A stretch of DNA of 64,000 nucleotides, from positions 800,001 to 864,000 of the forward strand of contig CM000151.3 of assembly GCA_000004695.1 (NCBI GenBank), in the 5' to 3' direction. The DNA is from Dictyostelium discoideum. Its lineage: Eukaryota. Both the position numbers and the translations under genes were made by a program. The notes below the pieces were generated by a model that had not been told where the DNA came from, did not search any database, and was given only the letters and a program-made list of their open reading frames with translations. Position 1 is the stretch's first letter, and every line of letters starts with the position of its first letter. Positions 16,083-30,366 of this stretch are shown here, in pieces.

Positions 16083-17023
16083 TCATAATTTACTTACATA
16101 TTTTCCAATAAATGATTGACTTTCCTCTTTTTCTTTTTCTTTTTCTTTCTCTTTTTCAACCTTTGGTTCTTCGTAGACCAACTTTAAAATATCCTCAGAG
16201 AAATCGATGATAACAAATAATTGATCTTTATCATCACCAGTAACTGGTGGTGATTTCTTTAATTGATAATTACTTGCAACAATATTCATATTATTTGAAT
16301 CTAAATTAATCTTTAAAAATTCATATTGTAATGAAGAATCATTTAAATTACCCTATATATTTATATCCATATATCAATTTATATAAATTCAATTTGAATT
16401 TGAATTTAACAATATATTTAAAAATAAAAAAAAGGATGGTATTAGTAAAATAAAAAAATAAAAATAAAAATAAAAACTATTATTATATAACAAACCTTTG
16501 GTAATGAAGAAAAAGATAAATTACTTGGATCTTTATCAGATACAACTGTTGTTTTAAATAAATCACATGATTTTTGATACAACTAAAAATAATTTTAATG
16601 TAATAATAAATTTGATAAATATATTATTTTTTATAAATTATATATATTATATATTACAAATTATATATTATATAATATATATTATATAATATATATTATA
16701 TAAATTATAATTTATATATTATGATGATGATGATGATGACTTACTGATCTACTTTCTTTTGTTAATGAATTTTTACATTTAATTTGAATTGCTTTTTTAA
16801 AATTTATAGAATCAACAGAAGTGATAGAATTGGTAGAGTGTGGTATTAATTTAGGTTTGAATAGAATTTTACATGATTTCGATTGATCTTCATTATGATA
16901 CATTGTAAATTCAATATCCTTTTGATTATTTAAATTTGAAACTGTTATACTTTCACTAATTTGTAATATTATTGTAAATAATGCAATAACAATAGATATT
17001 ATTGTTATTTTATTAAATTTCAT
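16083..17023 (-). CDS. Small secreted protein (signal peptide), three exons: 16745..17023, 16496..16582, 16083..16352. Function unknown.
   Basis: The N-terminus MKFNKITIISIVIALFTIILQISES is a signal peptide. A GTAAGT donor lies at 16739-16744 with an acceptor ttatttttag at 16583. A GTTTGT donor lies at 16490-16495 with an acceptor atatag at 16353. All junctions are in frame. The C-terminus carries an (EK)n acidic repeat from a (GAAAAA)n tract. Confidence 0.5.
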
Positions 17024-17457
17024 TTTATTTATTTGTATATTTGTATATTTATTTATTTATTTATTTATTTATTTGTTTGTTTGTTTGTTAATTTATTTAT
17101 GTGTTAGTTTGTTCTTTCTTTCTTTCTTTCTTTCTTATTTCTTTATTTTTTTATATATTTGTGTTGTCCAATGAAAAATGAAATTCAAACTTGAAATTAA
17201 AAAATAATTTTCATATTATTTGAAACCTTGTAAATTTTTTAAAAAAAAAAAAAAAATAAAAAAAATAAAAAAAATAAAAAAATAAAAAATAAAATAAAAA
17301 ATATATATGTTTAAAAAAAAAAAAAAGTTTAATAAAAAAAATTATTTGTTAAAAAAAATAGGTGGAAAGGAATAATCAATTTAAGTTCATTGTAAGAAAT
17401 AAAAAAATAAAAGAAATAACTTTAGTGAAAAAAAAAAAAAAAACTAAAAAAATAAGA

Positions 17458-17488
<31 letters not shown>

Positions 17489-17598
17489 GTTTAGTTGAAA
17501 AATATTATTTGTTTAAAAAAAAAATAGGTGTAAAAGGAATAATTAATTTAAGTTAATTGAAAAAGAAAAAAATAAAATATCATAATAAATCACTTTGG

Positions 17599-17641
<43 letters not shown>

Positions 17642-17880
17642 ATATTGATTAGTGCGCAACTTAAATTCCAAATTATTTATTAGTGTGTAATTATAAGCGA
17701 TTTCAAGAAAACAATTGAGATGGGCAACGCAACTAGCATCTTATTTTGTGATGCTCAAAATAAGTTATATAATAAAAAATTAATAAATTAAATTTCAGTT
17801 ATAAAAATAAAAAAATAAAAAAAACAATTTAGATGAGTATTTGGCCTCTCTTATTTTGTGATGCTCAAAATAAATTATTC

Positions 17881-17913
<33 letters not shown>

Positions 17914-18431
17914 GTTAAAGTTAAAAAAAAATAAAATAAAATAAAAAAAAATAAAAATAATAAAAGTATACTCCGTTTTTGATTTTATTGTTGTTCAACG
18001 TTGTTTTTTTTTTTTTTTTTTTATACTTATCAAATCACTTTTCCACCAGTCATTTAATGACGTAAGTTATCTTGATATTTTTATTGTTTAATTTTGGAAT
18101 GTTGAAAAAAAAAAAAAAAAAAAAATTTTAAATAAAATTCTTTAACGCTGTGTTGAAAACGGAGTTTTTTTTTTTCAAAACGATGTGAAAACGGAGTGAC
18201 TTTTTTCTTTTTTTTCGAGTATTTGTTGATTGTTTATATGGAAAATGAAGTAATCCTGTTTTAACAATGCGAACCTTTTGAGAATAAATTTTTTTTTTTT
18301 TTTTTTTTTATTCTATTCTTTATTATTATTTTTTTTTTTTTAATAATTATTGATTGTTATTATCTACAAATAAAAATAAAAACAAATAAAAACAAATAAA
18401 AAAAAAATAAAAAAATAAAAAATAAATAAAA

Positions 18432-19693
18432 ATGTCAACATTGACACCACCAACATTTTTAACAGTAGAATTATGCCAAACAGCATTTAACAATTTATTT
18501 AAATTATATTATACAGATCATGACCATAGTGAAGAGGAGGGGGGTGGTCATGAAGGACATATTCATGCTGGTGTTACGTGTGAAGAAGATCCAGATAAAC
18601 AATATTCCAAACCAATTCATATAGCAGCAGTTTTCATTATTCTTGGTGTAAGCTTTCTTGGTACGATGATACCAATTTTAGCAACCCATATAAAACAATT
18701 AAGAATTCCAAGATATGCAATCATCGTTGGTAAATCCATCGGTATTGGTGTTGTATTGTCATGTGCTTTCATTCACATGTTACTACCAGCCGTCATTTCT
18801 CTCACATCGGAATGTTTACCAGAATCATGGCATGAGGGTTACGAAGCCTATCCATACCTCTTTGCCCTTCTTGCTGGTATCGTTATGCAATTCATTGATT
18901 TCGTAGTTCTCCAATACTTAACTAACAAAGAGGCTAAAAAACATTTATCATCTTCAAATGACAATATCTCACTTCACGATGTTCATACTCCAGGTGGTGG
19001 TGATGGCCATACTCCAGGTGGTGACGAACATTCAAAATCCCATTGTCACGCTCCAAGTGGTGCTCATGGAAGTCATGTCCATGGTGGACTTTTAATGGAT
19101 CCAGCTGCTCTTAAAACTATTGAAGCTTATTTATTAGAATTTGGTATTACAGTTCATTCAGTTTTCATTGGTTTGGCTGTTGGTGTTGTTGATGATTCAA
19201 CTTTAAAAGGTAAATTAATTATTCTTTAAAAAAAGATTTTATTTATACATGCACATATTAATTTTCCATCTTTTTTTTTTTCCTCCTCTCCTAAAAAATA
19301 GCTTTATTAGTTGCATTAGCATTCCATCAATTTTTTGAAGGTGTTGCACTTGGTTCTAGAATTTCAGATGCTAAATTAACATCACATTGGCATGAAGCTT
19401 TATTAACATCAATTTTTGCAGTTTCAGCACCAATTGGTATTGCAATTGGTGTAGGTGTTGCCTCTTCTTTAAATGTTAATGGTCCAACCTATTTAATTGT
19501 TCAAGGTGTTTTTGATAGTGTTTGTGCTGGTATTTTACTTTACATCGGTTTCTCTTTAATGATTAAAGATTTCCCTGAAGATATGGAAGAATTATGTAGA
19601 GGTAAAAAATATGAATACTTTTTACGTGCTGGTTTATTTATAGGTCTCTGGGTTGGTGCTGCAATGATGGCTTTCATTGGAAAATATTTGTAA
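18432..19693 (+). CDS. ZIP (Zrt/Irt-like) family metal-ion transporter. Exons 18432..19209 and 19302..19693.
   Basis: His-rich N-terminus (HDHSEEEGGGHEGHIHAG) and His-rich cytoplasmic loop (HTPGGGDGHTPGGDEHSKSHCHAPSGAHGSHVHGG). Multiple TM helices. A GTAAAT donor at 19210 and an acceptor aaaaatag at 19301 are in frame. The second exon contains the ZIP signature HQFFEGVALGS. Confidence 0.8.
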
Positions 19694-19858
19694 AAAAAAA
19701 AAAAAAAAAAGTTAAAAATAATATATATAAATAATAATTTGGTTATTGGTGGACAATAACTAGATTTCCATTTTTGTACAAAAAAAAATAAAAAAAAATA
19801 AAATAAAATAGAAAAAAAAAATATAAAAATAAAAATAACCAATTATGCGTAATCAAAA

Positions 19859-19891
<33 letters not shown>

Positions 19892-20253
19892 CTTAAAAAC
19901 TTCGTTTCGTTTGAATATATTTAGTGAAACGAAATTTAGGAAATATTTTATTCTTAAAGAAATGATAGGTTTCACTTTGTTTTTAAAACTATTTCCAAAA
20001 ATGGAAAACACTTTTTTTGGATGGGGAAATGTTATTTTTTTTTAAAAAAAAAAAAATTAAAACATCTTTCTTTTTTTTTAATCATAAAAAAAAAAAAAAA
20101 GTCTCCCATATTTCAATTTAATAAAGTATAAAAAAAAAATAAAAAAGAAAAAATAAATAAAAATTTATATATGCATTTGCACACCTGGATTAATATTTTT
20201 AATTTGGTGGTCGAGTTTTATTATTATTATTATTATATTATATCATTTTAAAT

Positions 20254-21485
<1,232 letters not shown>

Positions 21486-21906
21486 TTTCTTTGACTTATA
21501 TATATTTATTATTTATTTATTTATTAAAAACACTGGAAAGTTGCGTTATTCTGTGTGTGTTTGTGAGATTCTGTATTTGTGTTTCTTTGAGATGATCTAA
21601 AGGAATAAATTAATGTTATTTGTTAATAATATGTTGAAAGCACTTTTCAATGTATATAATTAATATTAATTATTTCTATTCTGACAACTATCGAAAAGAA
21701 AAAAAAGAAAAAAAGAAAAAAAAAAAAAAAAATGTATTTTTATGGTTTTTTTTTTTTTTTTTCCAACTTGAAAAAAAGGGCGGCGTTGGAATTTTAATTT
21801 TTTTTGATTTTTTTTTTTTTTTTTTTTGCGTTGTAAACGTGGTCGTTAAAGAAAATGGAATACAAAATAAAAATAATAATATTTTATTTTTAACTTTTTT
21901 TCTTAG

Positions 21907-21937
<31 letters not shown>

Positions 21938-23415
21938 ATAATAATAATAATTATATATGTATAAAACAAAAAAAATAAAATAAAATAAGATAATAAAAAA
22001 TAAAAACTAATGTTGATATCTTTTTTTAATTTTTTTAATTTTTTTTTTTTTGTACAAGATATTTTTCTATTTTCGAATATTAATTTTCATACTTTATAGG
22101 TTTTTTTTTTTTTTTTTTATATTTTTTTTTGGAAAAAAAATAAAATAATGATGCGAACAAACCAACTGATCGAGTTTTTTTTATTTTTTTTATTATTATT
22201 ATTAATTTAGGATTTATATAAATATAAATTTAATATACATATACTAGCCTTTCTATTTGCATAGTTGTAAAATAAAATATAAAAAAAAAAAAACAAAAGA
22301 AAAAAAAAAAACAAAAAAAAAAATAATAAAAAAAAAAAAAGAATGTTTTTTTTTTATTAAATTAAATAGTATGGAGGGTTGTTTGTGTTTGTGTTTTTTT
22401 TTTATTATTAATTGATAACCACACATTATTGTACAAAGATTGAAAGAACAAATTTAATTTTTTATTTTTTTTTATTTTAATTTATTTTTATTATTATTAT
22501 TTTTTTTTTTTTTTTTTTTTTTTTTTAAGTGCGCTATATATTTGTGTGGGTGAGTGAATGTATGTGTTTGCATCTCTTTATTTCTCATTTGAGAATAAAG
22601 GTGAGAACGAATTTTTGAAGTATTATTTATTTAAATTTTGATCACTTTTTTTTTTTTTTTTTTTTTTATAATATATTTTTAAAAAAACTTTAAAAAATTT
22701 ATATTCATTAATTTTATTATTATATCCTCCAGTATGATTTAATCATATAGGTTTTTTTTTTTGAATGAATGAATTTTTTTAATTACAATACCTTTTATCT
22801 TTATTTTTTTATTTTAGTTAATGTTCAAGACAACTAAAAATACAAATAAATATAATAAACTTTGAGGGATAAATATATATCGATGACTGAAAAGCAAAAA
22901 AAAAAAAAAAAAGCAAAAAAAAAAAAAAAAAAAATCTAAAAAAATAAAAAAAAAAAAAAAAAATTATTTTAATTTTTTTAAAAAAAAAATAATCAGTTTT
23001 GGTCTAACGGATCGTTCCAATTTTTTTATTTTTTTTTATTTTTTTTTTGATTATTATTTTTTCTTATTTTATTTTATTGTTTTTTTTTTTCTTTTCTCCT
23101 AAAAAATAATAAAAGAAGATGAGGGATTTGATTCGGAAAAAAAAAAAAAAAAAAACCAAAAAAAAAAAAAAAAAAAAATTTATTAAAAAAAGAAATCAAA
23201 ATATATATATTCTAAACATAAATATTATTTTATTATTTTATTATTATTATAATTATTATTATTTTTATTAACCTTTTTTAATTTTTTTTAATTATAATTT
23301 TTTTTTTTTTTTTTTTTTTCTATTTTTTTTTTTTTTTGTATTTATTTTTATTTTATTTAATTTTTTTTTTTTTTTAATTTTTTTCCATATGATTGGTTAT
23401 TTATTTAGGGTTAGT

Positions 23416-23447
<32 letters not shown>

Positions 23448-24908
23448 GAAAAAAAAAAAAAATAAATAAATAAATAAATGTGGTTTTAGTGTAAATATCA
23501 TAAAAATCAAATAAAATCACAAAAAGCAATATTTTGCTCAATACAAAAATAAAAATATGTGCAGAAAAAAAAAAAAAATAAATAAAATAAAATAAAATAA
23601 AATAATAAAAATAAAATAATAAAAATAAAATAAAAAAATAAAAATAAAATAAATTAAATCTAAAGAGTTTATAAAGGAAATATTTTATTGTGTATGTGTG
23701 AGGTATATGGATATCTATTCTTGTCTGATGATAATGATTTGTAAAAATTATTTATTTATTTTTTATTCAATCAATAAAATATTCTTCAATTTGTAAATAA
23801 AATAAAATAATAAACCAAATTGCATTTACCTTTTTTTAAAAAAATTTATTTTTATTTTTTATTTTTTTTTAAATTTTTTTTTTAATTTTTTTTTGTCTTA
23901 TATATATAAACTTTTCTTTCTTTTTTCTTTACCTTCTCACTATTTTAAAATAAAAATAAAAATAAAAATAAAAATAAAAATAAAAATAAAAATAAAAATA
24001 AAAATAAAAAATGTTTTTACTAAAAAATCAGGACAACTATTTTTTGTTTTTTTTTTATTTTTAATTTTTTTTTTTTTTTATAATTGTCAGAAAGTCAGCG
24101 CTCACAAACTTAAAATAGAAAGAAACATTCTGGCGGCAATCGTTAAAAATATTATTTTTTTTTTTTTTTTTTTTTATGTACGTGGTTTTTTAACGACAAC
24201 AGGAAACCTTTTAAACAAAATAATTTTATAATAAAAAAAAAAAAAAAAATAAAAGAACCCAAAAGTGGAAAATTCAATCCTCCAAATTTTTTTTTTCTCT
24301 TTTTATTAATTATTAAAATATTTTTATTTATACAAAAATATAAGTAATTTTGGAAATATTTGAATTTAAAATTAAGAATGTGTGAACATTCCAAGTTATA
24401 TTTGGTTATTAATAGTTTGGACCATAATTTATAAAATCGTGATGGAAAAATGACAATTTTAAAACATTAAATATTTCATATTTTAAAAAGAAAAAAAAAA
24501 AAAAGAATAAAAATAAATAAATAAATTGTTCAATGGAATAAATCAAAAAAGATATTTTGTGAAACTAATAAAAATTACCCCCACTCGCAAATGCGTTTAT
24601 TAAAATAGTTTTTTTAATTATTTTTTTATTTTTTTTTTTTCCATTATTTTTTTTATTATTTTTTTTTTTTTGTTTTATTTTGTTTTATTTTGTTATATAA
24701 TTTTTGTTTTTTTTTTTTTTATTTGGTTGAACTCAATTTGGTAATAAAGTTTAAAATATATTTTATCAATGTCAAATTACACAAACTATTTTTCATTTAA
24801 TTTAAAAAACAAAAAAAAAAATAAAAATAAAAATAAAAAAAAATAAAAAAAAAAAAGAAAAAAATAAAATTTTTTTTTTTTATTTTTTTTTTTATTTTTA
24901 TTTTTTTA

Positions 24909-24961
<53 letters not shown>

Positions 24962-25176
24962 TTGGTACCATCAAAAATTTATAATTCTTTTTTTGTTTTA
25001 TATTATTTTAATTTTTATTCTATTTAATTTTTTTTTTTTAAAAAACAAAATTTTTTCTTCATTTAATCTTTTTTTTTTATTATTTATTTATATAAAAATA
25101 TTTTATATAAATAAGGAAAAAAAAAAATAAAAAATAAAAAATAAAAATAATAATATAATAATAATAAATTTTATTC

Positions 25177-25211
<35 letters not shown>

Positions 25212-25353
25212 ATATTTAATAAATATATAAAAATCCAACCTATTGTTTTTTTTTTTTTTTTTTTTCAATTTATTTTTTTATTCTTTTTTTTTTTTTATTT
25301 TAAAAAAAAATATATATATATTGTATATAAAATATAAATATATTTTTTAAATA

Positions 25354-27451
25354 ATGGAGGAAGATGAAGAAACAAAAAGATTAAATGAACGTCGTCGTAT
25401 TAGAGAAGAGAGAAGAAAGAAACAAGAAGAGGATGACGCAAAAGAGGACCAAGAGAGAAAAGCAAGAGAGGAAGAACGTAAAGTTCGTAAAGAAGCAAGA
25501 ACCAAAGAAAGAGGTGAGCGTGAAGCACAACAAAAGAAAGAATTGGAAGAATATATAAAGAGAACTGAAGAAGAACGTAGACAACGTAGGGAAGAACGTG
25601 AGAAACGTAGGATAGAAGAAGAGAAACAACAAAAAGAGGATGAGGAAAAGAGAAAGAGACAACAAGAAGAACGTGAAAGAAAACGTCGTGAAGAAGATGA
25701 AGAAAAGAGAAAGAAAATCAAAGAGTTGGAGGAATCACGTAGGAAGGTGTTAAAAGAGTTGGAAGAGGATGAGAATAGTTCACAAGTCGATTCGATTCTA
25801 TCACAAAAGAAGAGACGTTTAATTGCACGTCAAAAGATTGAATCAATTCTAGCATCTGTCGACCCAAGCAACTCACAATACGATCAAACCCAACCAACCC
25901 CAATTAAAATAGTATCATTATTATTAACGGATGAATTGAAGGAGGAGGTCATTGATTTGGTGGCAAGTGGTGGATTTAGATCATTGGTGGATTATATGTC
26001 GCAACCAGCATCCATCTCAACCATGGCAGAGTATTTGGTTGATATCAATGTGGGTGCCACCATTTTCGCTTCAAAACCAGAGTTCTTAAATGGTACAGCC
26101 TCGTTAGAGTTAAAGAATTCCTTAGCGAGAATGCAAGCTTCCTACGAAATCTTAAAGGGTGGAATTCAAACCATGGCAAAGATTATCACTGATCCTTCAA
26201 ACTCGTTCATATTGGATATACTCTTCTCTATGATTTCAAATCCACCTCCTATTCCACTTACAAATATGCACATTTTCACAGACCTAGTATGTAGTTATAT
26301 GAGTCGTAAACCAGAATTACTCATTTACATTTGCAATAACAAGGATACAATCTTACCTTCATTGATGCAACATCTTTCAAATAGTGAAACTGTTGATTTA
26401 TTATTGAAAATGGCTGAAATCGAAATGACACAAAGTAATGAAACCACATCTAATAGCAGCAGTGGTGGTAGCGCAGCATCATCATTTTTTAGTTTATTTA
26501 CAGGTTCATCAAGTAGTAGTAGCAGTAGTAACAACAATAACAACAATAGTAATAATAAAGAGAAACCAAATTGGACAAATGATTTAACACCATATTTAAT
26601 TTTAAGAATTAATGAAATTAGTAATTTAGAGAATGTTATAGTTGATCAATTAGATTTAGAGATTGATAATATTCAAAGATTAATGTTTGAATTAGTAAAG
26701 AAATATCCAAAATCAAAAGTTGCTCATCATTTATGTGGTCAATCATTCTCTAATGCAGTTTTAAGAAATGGTTTTAAATTAGCATTGGTTCATCCTTACA
26801 CTTCACCATTCTCATCATCAATGTTATCATTAATTTGCACATTAGTAGATTCGTCAGTTACAATGACTCAGTCTTTAATTACAAATTCTTCATCATCTTC
26901 TTCATCATCATTATTATCGTCATCATCGTCCTCATCATCATTATTATCATCATCATCATCATCAAATCAAGATTTACCATCAGTTATAAATTTATTATTT
27001 AAACAAATCGTTATCATTGATGATATTAGTAATGGTGAAGATAATTCAAGAGAGTTATCACCAATAAAAGCAATCTCTGAAATTTTAACCATTAAAAAAG
27101 ATTCACAAGAGATATTTAGTATTGTACGTTTGAAATGTTTACATTTAATTAATTCATTGGTAAAAGCAAATATTTCAAAATTAGATCGTGAAATTTGGGA
27201 GAGTGGTATCTTAAAGAAATGTATTGATATCTTTTTCGAATATGAAACCAATAATGTCATCCATTGTATGATAGAAGGTATCTTAACACCATTAATTCAA
27301 CGTTGTCTTGGTAGTGATGATGAAGAATTTATGTGTCATTTATTAAAAGATTGTTCCTTTGTTTCAAGAGTTGTAAATATTTTAAGTGGTGGTAATAATA
27401 GTGAATTAAATCAAATTAATAATAGTAATAATAATAATAATGATAATAGTA

Positions 27452-27493
<42 letters not shown>

Positions 27494-29079
27494 TAAATGG
27501 TAGTTTAAGTGGAGCTAGTAAATTAAGTGCATTATTTGTAAATAGTAAAGATAATGATGTAGTTATAGTTGAACAACAAAAATCTGAACCAGTAATTGGT
27601 GCACCAGCTCCTGCAATGGGTTCATTATCAAGAGGTGGTGGTAAAAAGATAAGAAGAAAGGTATCTTTCTTTAGTACTGATGAAGATTCAACTTCAAATG
27701 CACAAGATGAAAATAATACTAGCAGTAATACAAATGGCGATGTTAAATTAGCAATTGGTGATTTATCAATGTTTCAACCACCAACTTCAACTCCAGCTCC
27801 AGCCACCTCAACTACTGAACAATCTTCCGATAAAAATTCTTTAGAAAATACAGTAGTTAGCTCAGAAAAGAGATTCTCTGCAACTTTAACTTCAACTTTC
27901 TCTATATCTTCATCCTCTTCTTCTTCAACATCTTCTACATCTTCTACATCAACTACTACAACAAAGATAAATGGCACCTCTAGTAGTAGTAGTAATAGTG
28001 GTAGCAGTAGTATTAGTAAAAAAGCAGAAAAAGAATTAAAGGAACAAGAGAAACAAAAAATAAAAGAGTTGATGGATACCTTAAAATCAAAACAATTAAC
28101 ACCAGATCAAGAAAAAGCAATTAAATCACAAATTAAGCAACTCAAGAAAGAAAAAAGACAAAAGAAAGAAGAAAAGAAATTAGCAAAAAGATTAAAAGAA
28201 AAAGAAAAAGAAAGTAAATCAAAATCATCAACATCAACATCATCATCTACTTCTTTAAAGAATAGTTCTGGTTCAGTAGTTTTACCAACATCAACAAACA
28301 AATTAAAATCGTCTTCATCAAACTCACCATCATCTTCACCAGTTTTAACATCAACCACTACATCCACATTAGCAGCAGCAACAACAACAACAACAACACC
28401 AACATCCACCACAGCACCAACCACAACCACAACAACAACAACAACAATGACAACAACAACAATTACTTCAACTTTATCAGATCAATCAAGTGATACAAGT
28501 AGTAATAGTGATAGTTGTTCAAATAGTGATGTTTCAAGTGAAATCTCAAAACTATCATTAAATGACAATTCTCAACCAATCGAGGCATCAGTTGAAAATA
28601 TTGAATCAATTGAAGAGCAAAGTGTAGTAGTAGTATATCATAATGAAGAATCGTCTAACAATGGTAGCAGTAATAATACCGAATGTAATAATAGTAAAAT
28701 AAATGATGAATCATCAACTAACACCCCAACCACCTCAACCACCACAGCAACAAAGAAGAAAGGAGTAAATCATAATGTTGGACATATTATATCACTATGT
28801 ATTGAAATTACCCATATCGTTAACAAGAGTAAAGGTCAATTGCTTAGAGATATTGTTGATGAATGTTGCCTATTCCAAGGTCAATGGGATGAAGTTGTTG
28901 TACCAAAATTACGTCAAGAAATATCATTTAGAAATATCAAACCAATTGGTACCGTTTCAATGCGTAAAGGTAGAAAGGGTGCTCCACCAACTCCATTTGC
29001 AAATGTTGAATCTTTCCAAAATATGGCAAATGGTGTTCCAATTCCTCCAACAAATCCTTCCTCAAAATTCTTTTTCTAA
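25354..29079 (+). CDS. SAPS-domain protein (SIT4/PP6 phosphatase-associated regulatory subunit-like) with an N-terminal E/R/K-rich charged helix and long S/T/N low-complexity tails. 1241 aa, single exon.
   Basis: Residues ~185-700 form a large alpha-helical conserved block. It includes IDIFFEYETNNVIHCMIEGILTPLIQRCL, which resembles the SAPS FFKYPWNNFLH-QVE motif. The first ~140 aa are almost purely E/R/K/Q (MEEDEETKRLNERRRIREERRKKQEED...). The C-terminal half is poly-S/T/N. Confidence 0.45.
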
Positions 29080-29536
29080 AAATATAATAATAATAATAAT
29101 ATAATAAAAAAACAAAACAAAAAACAAAAACAAAAATATAATAAACAAAAAAGAAAAAAAAAAAAAAAAGAAAAAAAAAAAGAAAAAAAAATATTAAAAA
29201 AAAAGATCTATATGGCAAAGAAATAAAAAAAAAAAAAAAAAAAAAAAAGAAAAACAAAAACTAACAAAAAAAAAATAGAAAAATAAACTAAATAAACATA
29301 TTTGAAAATTAAAAAAACTTATTTCTTTCTTTTCTTTCTTGATTTTATTATTTTTTTTTTGTTAGTTTTTGTTTTCTTTTTTTTTTTTTTCTTTTTTTCT
29401 TTTTTTTTTTTATTTCTTTACCATATAGATCTTGATTTTATTATTTTTTTTTTTATTTTTTTATTTTTATTATTTTTTTTTTTTTTTTTTGTTTATTAAT
29501 TTACATGTATAAAAAAAAGATAGCAAGAATGCAAGA

Positions 29537-29967
29537 TTATTCACCCAAAAATTTAGTTGATATTTGATCTATAATATCATAAGAATCTTTCCAAATTTCA
29601 GATCCATCATCTTCATTTTTATGTTCCTCTAAAAATTCACTAAATTGAACTAAAAAAGCAGTTACTCTGGAAACTGAATCTATTATCATTGTTTTATTTT
29701 CATCTAAAATTTCAATTTGTTTCTTTACATCATATATATCTTTAGTTTCATCTGCTTTAAATCTTTCAACATTTTCAATTTGTAATTGTTCTTCTTTTTT
29801 ATAAAGCATATAATCTTTTTCTAATCTATTAATGAAAGGGGGTTTATTTATAATTTTATTTATAATTTTATTTATAATTTTATTTATTATTGTTAATTTT
29901 TAATTATTATTATTTTGAAAATAAAACCAAAAGTTAATAAATTACTTATGTGTAAGAAATAATTATT

Positions 29968-30002
<35 letters not shown>

Positions 30003-30065
30003 CAAATAATACCTTTTTAGTGCATCAATTTTAATTTTTAAACTTCTTTTTGTGTCCAAAACCAT
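29537..30065 (-). CDS. Tubulin-specific chaperone A (TBCA)-like protein. Exon 1 is 30013..30065; exon 2 is 29537..29825. 113 aa.
   Basis: MVLDTKRSLKIKIDALKR joins LEKDYMLYKKEEQLQIENVERFKADETKDIYDVKKQIEILDENKTMIIDSVSRV... across a GTATTA donor (30007-30012) and an aatag acceptor (29826-29827), phase 2. The pattern R-LKIK-(x)-KRL-K(D/E)-Y, then YD(I/V)KKQ-E(I/V)L-E...MIPD/IDS, matches the TBCA family. The length also matches (~110 aa). Confidence 0.55.
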
Positions 30066-30366
30066 TGTGTTTTATTCTTTGTTTTTATTTTTGTTTTTTA
30101 TTTTATTTTATTTTTTTTTTTTTTTTTTTTCACCCACAAAAATAGATTTTGAAAATGACAATTTAATTTTTTTTTTTTTTTATTATTTATTTTTTTTTTA
30201 CATTTCCACAAAAAAAAAATAAAAAATAAAAATTAAAAAAAAATAAAATTAAAAAAACGATTGTTTGTCGTCTTTTTATTTTTTTTATTTTTTTTTTTTA
30301 TTTCCAAAACATTTTCTTTTTTTTTTAATAAAATACAAATATAAAAATAAAATAATAAGAAAAAGA

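Noticed and set aside
30265-30366. N-terminal extension MSSFYFFYFFFLFPKHFLFF... of the DEAD-box ORF
   Set aside because: It lies within a poly-T/AT promoter tract. The ATG at 30367 (MADEDDG) has the expected A-rich context.
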